DNA of 64,000 bases from Carpediemonas membranifera BICM (Eukaryota; Protista; Fornicata), in contig JAHDYR010000005.1 of NCBI GenBank assembly GCA_019828565.1, positions 271,100 to 335,099 on the forward strand. Reading direction: 5' to 3'. Position 1 is the first letter of the stretch, and every line of letters begins with the position of its first letter. Made by a program: the position numbers and the translations under genes. Below the pieces are notes generated by a model that saw only the letters and a list, made by a program, of their open reading frames with translations, was not told the origin of the DNA and ran no database searches. Positions 46,157-58,752 of the stretch are shown one piece after another.

Positions 46157-49100
46157 TTACAACCCTTCCGACTTGGCCTGAGCAGACGACAAGAAGTCAT
46201 CCAGAGCAGCAGCGTCTCTAAGGGAGCGGTATGGCTCCCAGGTAGCCTCGGAGTCTTCAAATCCTTGCCAATGGACAAGGTACTCTCTCTTTGAGACCGA
46301 GCCCGTGCCACGCGACTTGGATATCCGGTCGATATACCACTCCTCCACGCCGGCGGCCGCCACCTGCTTGATCTGTTCCTCTGATAGGGTGCCGGGGACG
46401 AACTTTCTGACGCGAGACGCATCGACCCGGATGGGTTCCGCTCCGGGCTGACCTAAGTCTTTCACCATGTAGGCTACTACAACACCGCTCTGCTTGACAG
46501 ACGACACTCGTCGCATAGGCCCTCTCCAGCCCGGGGAAAGCTTGTTTGGAGGGCGCGAGGGATATTTCACGAGCACAAACCGTGACAAGATCTCCGTGCG
46601 GGTGGTGGAGGCCTTCGCCAACGCGTCTTCGCGCATGGCCAGGACACGTGCCTTGGCCAATTGTGTAGCGGCTTCGGCAGCGAGGAGATGCGACGTACGA
46701 GCTGCTGCCGTGCTGTTCTCGGTAACGTATAACTTCTCCGGCACCGCCATGTTGCTCCCGAACAGTATCTCGGCGGGGGAAAGGCGTGTTGGTTGTCTTG
46801 GCATGGAATTGACAATAAACTGCGCAACCGGTAAATGCTGACGCCAATTGCCGTTTCTGAGCTCAAACTTCCTTGCCTTGAGCACTCTCTCGACCATCTG
46901 GTTAGCTCTCTCAACCATTCCGTTGGACTGAGGGTGATGCGCGGTGGTAACGTGTGTCTCGAACCCCATGTCCTGTGCCAGCTTCTTCATGAGAGCGTTA
47001 TTGAACTCGGGACCTCCGTCAGACTGCAGCACTCGTGGGCAACCGTAACGCAGCACCCATGTGTTGACGAAGGCATCCACGGCATCGCGTGCGGTGGTAG
47101 ACTTGACGGGGGCTAGCTCCGTCCACCTGGAACACATGTCTATCATGACTTGGACGTATTTGTAGCCGTCACGCTCCGGGAGCGGACCTAGAGTATCGAT
47201 TGCCACCCGCTGGAACGGTGCATCCACAGCCGTGTGTAGACCGTCTGTTTTTTTCAACAGGCGGTCTCTCCAAGACCTGGCAGACAGGGCACTTGGCGAC
47301 GTAGTCGTAAACGTCACGGCGAGTAACTGAAACACCGGCTTCCCGCAAACGTTCCATGGTTAACCGTCCGGAGAGGTGGGCGTTACCGAACAGGTGGGCT
47401 TTGCTGATCTCATCAACTGACGCTAGCGAGAATACGCGCGACAGACCGTCGGCTCCCCCGTTGTCTAAACCGGCCACGTGCTTCAATTCGAAATCTAGGT
47501 CTGCAATAGAATCGGCCCATCTACGCACCTTAGCGTTACTCGACCTATACATGTACAAGAGGTTGCGATGGTCGGTCAGGAGCTCGAATCTCTCCCAGGA
47601 CAAGAACTTCCTCCACTTCTGAAGGGCTGACACAATCGCAAAGGCTTCCTTCTCGCCGACACTCCATCTGGATTGGACGTCTGTGAAGGCTTTGGACATA
47701 TAACACACGGGGCGACCCTCCTGCAGGAGGACAGCCCCGTACCCCACGTCGGATGCGTCAGTCATCACGACATGAGGTTTGGTCGCGTCGAACATCGCCA
47801 AAGAATCTGCCGAGCACAAGGCTTCTTTGATATCCGCTAGGGCAGCCTCTAGCTCTTTCTCTGGCACGGCCGTACGGTTAGTCGTTGCAGACACGAGTGG
47901 TTTGGCGCGGGTCGCGTAGTTCGGTACGAAGTCGCGGAAGTAGTTAAAGAATCCGACTAGACCTTGCATCCCCTTGACTGTAGGCGACAGCTTCATGTCT
48001 TGGATATCGTTGACTCTCTCTGGTGAGATCCTGACTGACCCCTCGGAGATGATCCAGCCGAGGAACTCCACCTCGGCCCGACCGAACTGACACTTGTCCC
48101 TTCCGAGCTGGAGCTTGTACTCACGGGCGCGCTGGAGGACCTTCCTCAGGTTCTCGATGTATTCCTCTGGCGTGGCACCCATGACGATCACGTCGTCGAT
48201 GTAAATGATGCAGGCGGTCCCAAGTAGCCCTCTGAACGCGTTTTCCATCGCTCTCTGAAAGAAAGCACCGGCATTGCGAAGCCCAAAGGGCATCCGTGTA
48301 TATTGGAACTGGCCGAAGGTAGTCCTGAACGCGGTATACTTCCGGCAACGCTCAGTAAGGGCGATCTGGTGGTAGCCGGCAGACAGATCGAGCGTTGCGA
48401 ACACTCGCTTACCCGAAAGTTGTGTGATAACTTCGTCAATTCGAGGGATGGGGTAATCAAATGGCTCTGTCATGGTGTTGACTTCACGAAAGTCGACGAC
48501 AAAGCGAGTCTTGCCACCCTTCTTGGGTACGATGATAGTTGGGCTGGAATAGGCCGATTGACACGCCTGTATATACCTCTTGGCCAGAAGGGTATCGATG
48601 TGTTCCTTGACAACCGGGACCTTTGGGGGCGGAACATAGTAGGGACGTACGTGGACGACTCGATCGCCCTTGAGGCATAGGTCGTAGGGCTCGAGCTTGC
48701 TCGGTTCAGTACGGTCACGGAAGAGGTCTTCGTACTCCTTGAGCAGCTTGATCTGCTGGCTCGCGATACCATCGGGGAGGGTAAGAGCCTTAGCTTCAAA
48801 CTTGCTCGGGACGGGAGGATCGTCAGTTGCTTCGCTCTCCGAGTTGCTAGGCTGGGCCATTGAGGGCAGCAGTCCGATCTCTACCATCTGGCTGTAACCA
48901 AAACTGACTTCGTACGCAGTTTTGAGAACGAAAAGCGCGGATCTTCAGCTCGCAGCCACGTGGCGTGAAGGGAGATGGCCTCAACGTGATCTGCACCGAT
49001 ACGGTGCCTTCAGCTTCTCGTATTCCACCTGCCGTTTGGATGCGTACAGTATCGTGGTTGATCCTGGTAACGGCTGGCGAGGAGCACAGATCGGGAGATA

Positions 49101-50199
49101 TCGTGGCACAGTCAGCACCAGAGTCTAGTAAGACCTTCACTTCGGCCTTCTCGATGACTCCATTGACTACAGGCAACGACCCTCCACCTGACGCAGCGGA
49201 AAATAAACACTTCGCCCCGTTTACTGGGGACTTAAAACGACAGAACTTCTCGAGGTGACCCTGCTTCTTGCAAACCGGGCATGTGGCACGATCCCGCGGG
49301 CACTTGAAGGATGGATGGCCCGTCTCGCCGCAGTTGTAGCACACCAGCTCGCGCTTGCCCTCTCCTCGTTGGTTCGGGGCTCTTGCGGCTGGCTTATCCT
49401 GATGATGAGGCTTGGCGATTGGCTTGGGGGCGGGATGGGTGGGTTCGTGGTGAAGACCGCGATGGGGTTTGCCCGACTTAGCCTTGGTTGACGACTGCTT
49501 GTCGGTCATTCCGATGGAACGCAGCATGGCACGGGATTCCTCGATATCGCGAGCGATATCAATCACCCGCGGCATAGCCAGTTCGAGGGAGAAGCCTTCG
49601 GTGAGATCCTTAACCTTGTACTGAACGCGCGAATTATCGGGTAGCTTAAAGCAACGCGCGTAGGTGTCGCAGAGGATCTCAGAGTCTACCCCGGGATCAA
49701 CAAGGGAGAGGAGGGTTCTGAACCGTCGGTTCACTCGAACCACCTCCTGCGGAGTAAAGGACGAGATGGAGAGACGGAACAAGTCGAGACGGGCAGAAAA
49801 ACGGGACGGTTGCAGTGCTCTACCGAGCCGCTTGAGGACGCGGTCGTCTTTAGCGAGACGCTTGGCCTTGCGCTTACGCTTGTGCGTCTTTCGGACAGCT
49901 GCGGTTAGGATGAGGGACTGCTGGAGGGGTTGCTCGTCGTCTTTAGGCGTTCCGGCTACTGGTGAACCTTCATCGTTCACGGGGACAGAGGCCTCAGCCG
50001 AGGGGATGGCTTCAGAGGCCTTGGAGAAGAGGTTAAAGCCGAGAGCGTCAGCGTACCGTTGGACTTCGGTGTCAATCATGTCGGCAACGTCGGCATCACC
50101 GCCTTTGGCTCGGTACTCGGACAAATCCTCGGCGAATCGGACTAACGACTCAATGGTCGTCTTCTTTAGCATAGGCATATTGTTATAGAGCGTCATCAA
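46157..50199 (-). CDS. gypsy F gag-pol (frameshifts near 48900 and 47250)
   Basis: Two CCHC knuckles, LDSGA, YIDD, TDAS, integrase, WYIDRI..YLVHWQGF..TWEP. Confidence 0.92.
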
Positions 50200-50568
50200 A
50201 ACGTGGAATACTAGTATTGTGGTTCGTTTGACGAACTATGTTTACAAGAGGAGAAGACTCGACACAATGGTGTCGAGGAGAAACTCCTTGACTAACTAAT
50301 ATCATATATAAATCTGTGTAATCTTGGGTGAGACCCATGACAACCCGACGCCTGGAAGGTTACACCAACTCCATCGAGCTGCCGCTCCAGCGAATCTTTG
50401 ACGCTATTGAGCAAGGTCGTCTGAACGACGCAGCCGTAGTGCAGGACGTGAAGCTGTAAGCCGACTTGGTTGGTCGAGCTGACGGACACGGAGGAAACGG
50501 AAGACGAGGAGTCTAGCTCTGAATAAATCGTTTGTTCCTCGAGGAGACAGCTTCGATGTTGAGAAGTT

Positions 50569-51594
50569 TTACAGACAGTCACGCTTGGCTTGGTCAGACT
50601 TCAAATATGTATCGAGGGCTTCCAAATCTTTGACGTGCGAATAAGGTTCGAATGAAGCCTCTGAATCCTCAAATCCGACCCAGTGTACGAGGTACTCGCG
50701 CCTTGACTTGGGGCCCGAGCCTCTAGAGCGTGAGACTCGCTCGACATGCCACTCATCGACGGAAGCGGCTGCGAGGTCATAGATCTGTTGCTCCGAGAGC
50801 TTGCCTGGGTCAAATCTTCGCACACGTGCCGCGTCTACCTTGATAGTTGGACCGTCCGCTGACTGACTGAGGTCTTGGACCTCATATGCGACGACAACAC
50901 CATCACGTTTGACGGCTGCGACACGCCTCATGGGGCCGCGCCCGCCCGGGGCTAGCTTGCTCGGTGGTCTTGGGTAGTATTTGACCAGCACGAAACGGCT
51001 CAATATCTCGCTTCTCGATGAGGTTGCCTTTGCGAGAGCGTCTTCGCGCATGGCTCTAATCCTTGCTTTGGCGAGTTGGATGGCAGCATCGGCAGCGGCT
51101 AGCTTCGACTGTGGCGGGCCAGCCGAGGCGGCATCCGTGATATAGATCGATGACGGTATTGATAAGTTGGCGCCAAACATGATCTCGGCCGGAGTCAACC
51201 GGGTCAGGATCCTGGGCATTGAGTTGACCAAGAATTGGGCGACTGGTAGGTGTGCTACCCAATCGTTATTCCTTAACTCCAGCTTCCTGGCTCTGAGGAT
51301 GCGTTCGACCTCCTTGTTCGCGCGTTCGACGACACCGTTGCTCTGGGGATGGTATGCTGTCGTTATGTGGACGTCGAACCCCATCTCTTCGGAGAGGCGT
51401 TTGAACAGAGCGTTTTTGAACTCTGAGCCCCCATCCGATTGGGCGACTTCGGGGCATCCGTATCGTAGAATCCAGGTGTTGACCAATGCGTTGGCTGCGT
51501 CTTTGGCTGGGGTGCTGCTGACCGGGACTAGCTCTGTCCAGCGGGAGCACATGTCGATCATTACTGTCACGTAGGACATGCCGTTGACCGTCAT
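50569..51594 (-). pseudogene. gypsy G integrase-chromodomain
   Basis: Close paralogue of the F integrase. Confidence 0.9.
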
Positions 51595-51598
51595 TCAT

Positions 51599-52760
51599 TC
51601 ACGCAGTTCCGCGCCCTATGGGTGGCGGGCTACTCGGACCCAATCACACTGGACACGGAGGAGCTCCCGGACGGAGGACACATCGGCGACTTGGACATCT
51701 ACAAGAAGATCAAGGCCGAAGCTCTGGCCCAAGCCAATACGGACAAGGACGACCATGAGGACGCGGAGGGGTCGGGGGAGGAATCCCCGGAGGAATCAGC
51801 CAGGAAACGTACCCCCTCACGGTGGACATCTCGGCCACCCTGGACGACGATGCGGACAACGTGTACTGCAAGCCAGACAGCCCTCCCCCCATGGAGTACC
51901 TGAACGCAGTGTCCACCCTAGAGGAAGACCACACGGAAGGTACGGACAAGACTAAGGTTTGGCTATGCTCAGTCGACGTGGAGTCAGTGGGCACCCCCAA
52001 GGACGACAGAGGAGTGGACGAGATTTATTCGGAGGCCGGAGCGATCATCTATGATCCATATCGGAAGGAGATTAAGGGGTTCCGCCACGGACTCCTGGCC
52101 CACGACCTACCAGTGGCGATGCTCAACCAGAGCCTGGACACCTCATGGAGAGTTCACGGACTGCCCCCCTGCACCTTTGTGGACATCTACACCGGAGCCC
52201 CTCCCCAGAACATGAGAAGACACTTCGTGGGCTTCCACGTATATGCTCGGACATTGAAGGAGGCCATCACCCAGATGGAATCGGACAACAAGGTGAAGAT
52301 CATGATCTACGCTAAGGGCAGCACGATGGAGGAGAGAGCTTTCTGCAACTGCTCTCCAACCCCATTTGGACCATGGACAGATCGAACAGACTCACGGCGG
52401 ACCAGAAGGCCTCAGGCCAATCCATGGAGAACCTGGCCACCACACACACGAAGGACTGGCTCTCGGTGAGCAGACTACTCAGAGTATGGCCAGCCCCGTA
52501 CGAGTCGGCCAAGCAGAACAACTGGTCGGATGTGGAACTGGCGGACATGATCCCGAAGGACCTCACAAAAGCACTAGCAAACATGGACAGCGGACGGATT
52601 AAGCCCAGCTTCCTCCCGAAGGATTGGGGAATCTTCAAGGGAGATGCTGCCGGCAACATTATGGACAGGATGACGTACCTGTGGAACCGGGACAAAGAAG
52701 AGCAGGTGGCCACGGCCCACATGGACGACCCAGAGCCCTTCGTGCCCTTCGTGACCTGGC
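51599..52760 (+). pseudogene. third LINE ORF1 fragment with partial DEDDh-like domain
   Basis: VDVE..EAG..HGL..VHGLPP.TFVD..YAKG..ME and FLPKDWG match the ORF1 at 56700-58000. Confidence 0.78.
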
Positions 52761-52821
52761 ACGCGGCGGGATCGCGCTTGATTGCATCCGTCGCTTTCTC
52801 CGGCACACCGCCGGTCAACCC

Positions 52822-53433
52822 ATGACTGACACGGCAGTCATCGCGGCGTTCCTGGATCGACTCTCTGCCGAACGCCGGGCGGATACCCTCATCCCTAATG
52901 CGCTCCGCACGCTCCTGGATCGTAGCAGTCTTCCAGCCCACGCGATCCGACACCACGTGCGTCGAGCTATCATGCTCGGTCACGAGCCGGTAGTGTATCT
53001 TCTCATGACACTTGGCCACAGCCAGGGCTGCTTGGACCCCAGCGAGGTTCAGCTGATGCCCGAGCTCTACCTGCGGCGGGTCCGCCGGCCCAGTGGCTTC
53101 GGCGTCCTCAACATCTCGCCGCTTCAGGGCTTCACCATGAAGCCGACTCGCGATACCTGCCCTACCCTGCTCCCGGACACCAATGACGTGACTTGCGAGT
53201 ATATGCCCGTTGCTGTGTGGGGACACCGGCTCGACCACGGCCGACTGCGTCTGCTGGTATCGTACCCGTTGAATCGGCACGGTGGACAGTATCTTGCGAT
53301 CATCCGAGTCACCGACGACACGGCCAAGATCGCGTGCATCAAAGACTATCTCGAGTGGCTCAGGCTGGTCAATCGTACTGAGCGGCCTGTTGACTACAAC
53401 GGCGTGGAAATTCGGAGGGCTCGGATCGTATAA
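52822..53433 (+). CDS. antisense cargo ORF of gypsy H with degenerate chromodomain-like C-terminus
   Basis: Convergent with H pol; YMPVAVWGHR..LRLLVSY..IKDYL. Confidence 0.5.
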   Translation: MTDTAVIAAFLDRLSAERRADTLIPNALRTLLDRSSLPAHAIRHHVRRAIMLGHEPVVYLLMTLGHSQGCLDPSEVQLMPELYLRRVRRPSGFGVLNISPLQGFTMKPTRDTCPTLLPDTNDVTCEYMPVAVWGHRLDHGRLRLLVSYPLNRHGGQYLAIIRVTDDTAKIACIKDYLEWLRLVNRTERPVDYNGVEIRRARIV

Positions 53434-53453
53434 ATGTGATTTCATGCTACCGT

Positions 53454-55520
53454 TTACTGCTGCCCTACTGCAGTACGGTGCAACCCACGCTCCTCCAAGA
53501 AGTCCTCGAACTTATCGTTACCGTCAAGGTTAAGGAAAGGTTCCCACGTCGCCTCCTCGGGCTCATAACCCAGCCACTCAACCCGGAACAGGTGATCCTC
53601 GATGGGCCCGTCACGGTCGCTATCCGTGACGGCGGATGGCGTGAACTCAGGCGCTACCGTAGACGCAAGTCGTAGGAGCTGGTCCTGTGACATGTCGGCA
53701 TGATCAAACGGGACCACGCGGGACGCGTCCACTCGGGATTCTGTGCCTTTCTCGAGGTCCCGGACAGTGTATGCCACCACTTTGTTGGCGTGCGAGTGGG
53801 TTCGGACGAGGGCCATAGGGCCCCGCAGACCCGCTGCAAACTTGTCGGGTGGGCGGCTCGGGTAGGCTACCAAGACATATGGTGACGTCACAGTGGGGCG
53901 TGCGTCCGGTCGCATCTGCTGGAGCAGTCTCCTGTCGCGTATACGCTCCGCTGCTAGGTGCCTACACGCCTTGGCCTCGGTCAACCAATCTTCCTGGCAG
54001 TCGACAAGATACGGCTGATCGGGTGCGATGAAGAGGATATCCTTCGGCACGCGCATCTCAGAGCCGTACACGATCTCCGAGGGAGACAAGTGTGTCGGGA
54101 CTCTAGGTGTGGAGTTCACAAGGTACTGGGCTACTGGTAAACCTTGTACCCAGTCGTTCGACCGGAACTCGTACCGGCGAGCCGTCAAGATGTCCTTGAC
54201 CGAAACGTTCGCTCTCTCAACTAGGCCATTGGACTGTGGATGATAGGCCGTCGTTTTGGCCATGGTAAAACCGAGTCGGCTGGACGTTGAACACGGCATT
54301 GACGAATTGAGTTCCCCCGTCGGTCTGGACGACCTTGGGGATGCCATATCTTAGGACCCAGTGGTTGACAAACGCACGAGAGGTTTCCACGGCTCTCGTG
54401 GACTGTAACGGGACAAGCTCGGTCCATCTAGAACACATGTCTATTATTACTAGGACATACTTGTAGGTCACCCCGTCCATGGTGCATCGGGTTGCGGACA
54501 TGGTGTCCATAGCGACCCTGTCAAACGGGTGTTCGACAGCTGTATGAAGGCCAGCGTCAGAGGATGCCGGTGGCTTGCGGCGAAGCTGACATATTGGGCA
54601 TTGTCGGACATAATTATCCACGTCCTTCTGTCGGACCCTTAGACCCCAGTCTCGAAGCAAGTTCTTGGTCGCCCAAGCTGAAAAATGGGCTCCTGCGAAA
54701 TGATGTGCCTTGTGTAGCTTGTCGGCCACTTGAGAGTCCAGGACGTTGGCGTACAGGCGCGACAGGCCGTCGGCCGCTCCGTTGTCCACGCCAGGGACGT
54801 GCCGAATGGTGAAATCGAGATCGGATAACTGGTCATACCAGCGGCGCACCTTGGGGTTAACTGAGCGAGCCATGAATAGGAGATTACGATGGTCGGTACG
54901 AATAGTGAAATGGGACCATACGAGGAACTTCCTCCATCTCTGTACCGCGAGAATGATGGCATATGCCTCCTGCTCCGTTGTGCTCCATCGCGTCTGCACT
55001 CCAGTAAAGGCGTGAGACATGAATGCGATAGGCTTACCGTCCTGAAGCAGGACAGCGCCGCAGCCAACATCAGACGCGTCTGTCATCAAGACGTGATCTG
55101 TGTCGGTCTTATAATGCACCAACGAAACGCGCTTGAGTAACTCCCTGGCCACGTCGTCGAGAGCGGCCTGCTGACCGGGGCCCCCCGGCTCAGCCTTGCC
55201 AGCGGATGCTTGGAGTAGGGGATAAGCTCTGGAAGAAAAGTGATCGACAAAATCACGGAAGTTGAGGAACCCCACCAAGGCTTGTGCCGAACGCTTGCTC
55301 TTGGGGATCTTGAGCTTACGAATGTCCTCGATCCGGTCTTCTGCGATACGCACGGAGTCACCGGACACGAGTCGGCCGAGGAACTCGACCTCTGCGGCAG
55401 CGAACACACACTTGTCACGGCCCAGGTGCAAGTCATACTCCTCGCACCTCTTGAGCACATCCCACAGGTTACGTAAGTAGGATGGTTCATCACGGCACAT
55501 GACAATATCGTCGATATAAA
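53454..55520 (-). pseudogene. gypsy H RT(partial)-RH-IN-chromodomain
   Basis: YIDD near 55510, TDAS, integrase, FRVEWLGY..TWEP. Confidence 0.88.
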
Positions 55521-55535
55521 TTACATTTCAGACGA

Positions 55536-58500
55536 ATGTTGGTGAAAGTACCGGAAGCTACCAGGAAACGAACACAAGACCAGTGGGAAGCTATCAGACA
55601 GGAAACCAGCGCATATCTAGCTAACAGACAGGACGGAAAGACGCTGATACTCAGGTGGAACGGCGACATCAAGGGGAAATCCTTCGGGAAGAACTCCAAG
55701 GGCCGCGAGGAAGTAGCCCGTAACATCAGACGCATCCTACTAGCTACCGGAGCCACTGCTATCAAGGACTCTATCACTACTCATCCCAAAGGCATCCTAG
55801 CTCTGAAGGAACTCTTCATTGTGCTAACGGAAGCCTTGGATCCCAGAGAAAAGGTAGAAACCGAGATACAACAGAGCGCCGAAGCTATCAGCATCCAAGC
55901 CACAAAAACCTCAGCAAGTGGCCGTCCGAAAGCACCATCGAGAAACTAGTCCTCAGCCCCACCACCAACTGCTATCAGACACACAACGACAGCCTCTACT
56001 GGTCCAAAGAGCGTGATACTGTTGTTATCAGAGCACCGGACACTTTCACCATCACAGCAGGCCCCCCCGGCAAAGAACGAGCCACCACTGCTACCAGAAG
56101 AGACGTCTGGGACCCCAAAAACCCTGGCACGATCACCCAAGTGGCCCTGGAACAACAGGACGGCAGCTTCAAGGTCATCCTGGATCTCAAGGACCACGAG
56201 GCCTTCGCTATCAGTAGATTCTCGGAGGAAGCGAGAGACGTTCTCCGACTGCAAGCACCCGAAGCGCCGGCAGCGTGGATGGCAGCCTGGAACTCCACCG
56301 GCATTCCACTGGGAGGAAGAGTCATCATCTGCAAGCCGGGTGAGGAGTCCCCTCTCGGCGAGCTACCAGCCTTCGCAGCTATCAGATCACTCATCCTCGA
56401 AGCCATGTTGAACAGTAGTGAGAAGACCTATCCCCAGGAAGATAATGCAAGCAGCAACAGCACCGACGTCGACGAGGAAGAAGAGGGCGAACAGGAACCC
56501 GACGCCCCCGAGCCCAAGCAGAAGGATAAGGTGAGCTTTGACGAGCTATTCGGGGACCTGAAGCCTGTAGAGCCTCGACCCCGCGACGCCAAGCAGTCCT
56601 CCTCCACCCAGAAGCCGTTACCAGACCCGCTTGCCAGAAGCCCAGACCCCAAGGCCCACCCACGGCAGCTAGCAGACAAGGAGCCAGAGCCCAAACCCAC
56701 CCTCTTACTTGCGGCCATAGACTTCGAGTGCGGCCACTCAGGCTGTGAGAGTGAAAACGTCCCAGCAAACCCAGTGGAGGGCGGAGTCATCGTCTTCAAC
56801 CCGCTAACAGGGGAGATATCAGGGCACGGGCACGGTCTCTTCTATCAGAACATGCCGGTACAGCAGATTGACCAGGCGAGGTACGCATCATGGGCCATCT
56901 CCGGCCTGCCGCCAGCTACCTTCGTCGATGTCGCTACTGGGATGCCCCCGGAAGAGTTCAGAACGCACTTCTCAAAGTTCACAGACTGGGCCGAACACCT
57001 TGCTATCAGACTCAGGAGGATGGAGGACGCAGGCGAGTTCAAGATCGTACTATACGCTAAGGGCGTACACATGGAGAAGTTTCTGCTCACCAACCAAGTC
57101 AACGGGCTATCAGGGGAGGTAACCACCTACTTCGCGGACAGGCTAGTCGATGAGAAGGATCTCCCAGACGCTATCAGAGACTTAGAACCCAGACTAGCGG
57201 GCGCTATCAAGGCCAGCCTCCAGGACGAGAGGACCATGGGATGGCTCAACTCCTGGAGCAGTGGGTGGCAACGCAGGAGCGAGCCAAAGGCGGTGTGCCC
57301 CTACCACAGGTATGCAGCCGGCCACTACCACTGCGGGCTGGCCGATGTTACCATCTTCACAGTCAAGACCTTGGCCATGACCCACTCCTTCCGATGCCAG
57401 CAAGACAGAGAGAGCTTCCTCGGTGATATACTGCCCAAAGCTATCAGCTCCGTCGCTCAAGCAGATCTGGAAACGGACCTCTTCGGCGGTAACAGCTTCG
57501 CTAACAGACAAGAAACCTTCGAGATCTTCAGAGGCCAACCTGGCAGAGTGAGCCTGAGAGATGGCAAAGAGGGTAACAAGATCCTAGTAGTACCGGACAG
57601 ATACAGCAGATTTGGCATGGGCTTCGGCTTCTCAGATGTGGTTAAGGGTATGAAGGGTCTGCTACTTGCGCCCGCAGCTATCAAGAGAGGGAACGTCATC
57701 GACAGGAACCCGGTGTGGTCCCTCCTCGAGCACGTCGAACCTGACGAGATGGCATGGCTCCAAGCCGAGCACGGCCTCGGAGTAGCCCCCCTCGAGCTAT
57801 CATCAAGCTATCAGACGTCTACCACTGGTGGCCCGACAAAGCCACGACAGCTCATAAGGATGGATACGGCTGCCAACTGCTAGCAGAAGACTGTGCCGAG
57901 TACGCTGAAATCATCGCGAACATCAAGGCGTACAGAGGCAGAGTCGAAGGCTTCAGAGCAGCATTCATCCCGAGAGACTGGGGCGTGGTGAGAGTCCGTG
58001 AGGCTGCCACAACGCTCCGCCGCATGGCCAGAGACAAGACGACCGACAGACTCACCCCAAACCCGATCCCAGAAGAGAAGCCAGTCAGATTCATGGGTAG
58101 ATCCCCGCCCCACTACGTCCCAAAGGACCAGAACCCCGAAGAAGCCCCCTACGTCCTAAGGTACGCCAACACAGGGATGCCCGAGAAGCTCGAAGCTATC
58201 AGAAGACGGTTTGTCGGCACCACGACTGACCAAGGTCCCAGGCCGCCCCACAGACCATCTCCCAGACCCTCACAGAGAAGAGATTACAGAGGCGCAGATA
58301 ACTTCAGAGGCCGTGACAGCTGGATTGACCAGCGCACGCCACCCACGTCCCCTTTCGGCAAGAGCAGAAGCCAGCAAGACAACTATCAGTGCAGAGAGAC
58401 ACCCCCCTCCTCCAACTACTCCAGCGGCACGTACAAGAGGAACTCCCTCTACAGAGGCTCACCATACGCATGGGAGAACAAGCGGCGGACAGACGACCAC

Positions 58501-58752
58501 TCAACGGGCACTGAGAGAAGCAGACTATCGGGGCCCCGCGAGGATGAGACTACCAAGATGCTCCAGACCCAACTAACAAGAGCCCTCAGAGAGATCGACG
58601 AACTCAAGCAACGCATCGAACAAGACCGCACCTCAGACCTCAGATGCTCAGGCAAGCCCAAGAGCAAGAAGAACAAGAGGATCAAGAAGCTGATCAAGCT
58701 ACTGGACTCAGAGGACAGCGATGAGGATGTGGAGGACAAGGAGGAGGACTGA
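55536..58752 (+). CDS. LINE ORF1 (~1000 aa, several frameshifts) with DEDDh/Maelstrom-like domain
   Basis: ORFs 55536-55949, 56141-57883 and 57754-58752 are collinear with the other copies. Confidence 0.75.

Larger units (their letters stand above)
44303..50342 (-). mobile_element. full-length gypsy chromodomain element F
   Basis: Identical 125-bp LTRs 44303-44427 and 50218-50342; ACCC TSD; PPT. Confidence 0.95.
43983..50459 (+). pseudogene. antisense cargo gene of G (putative intron 44174-44216; split by F)
   Basis: Reading frame continues after removing a GTAAGT..TATAG intron and element F. Confidence 0.5.
43266..51598 (-). mobile_element. 5'-truncated gypsy G hosting gypsy F
   Basis: 3' LTR 43266-43387 plus PPT; integrase-chromodomain at 50569-51594. 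Confidence 0.85.
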
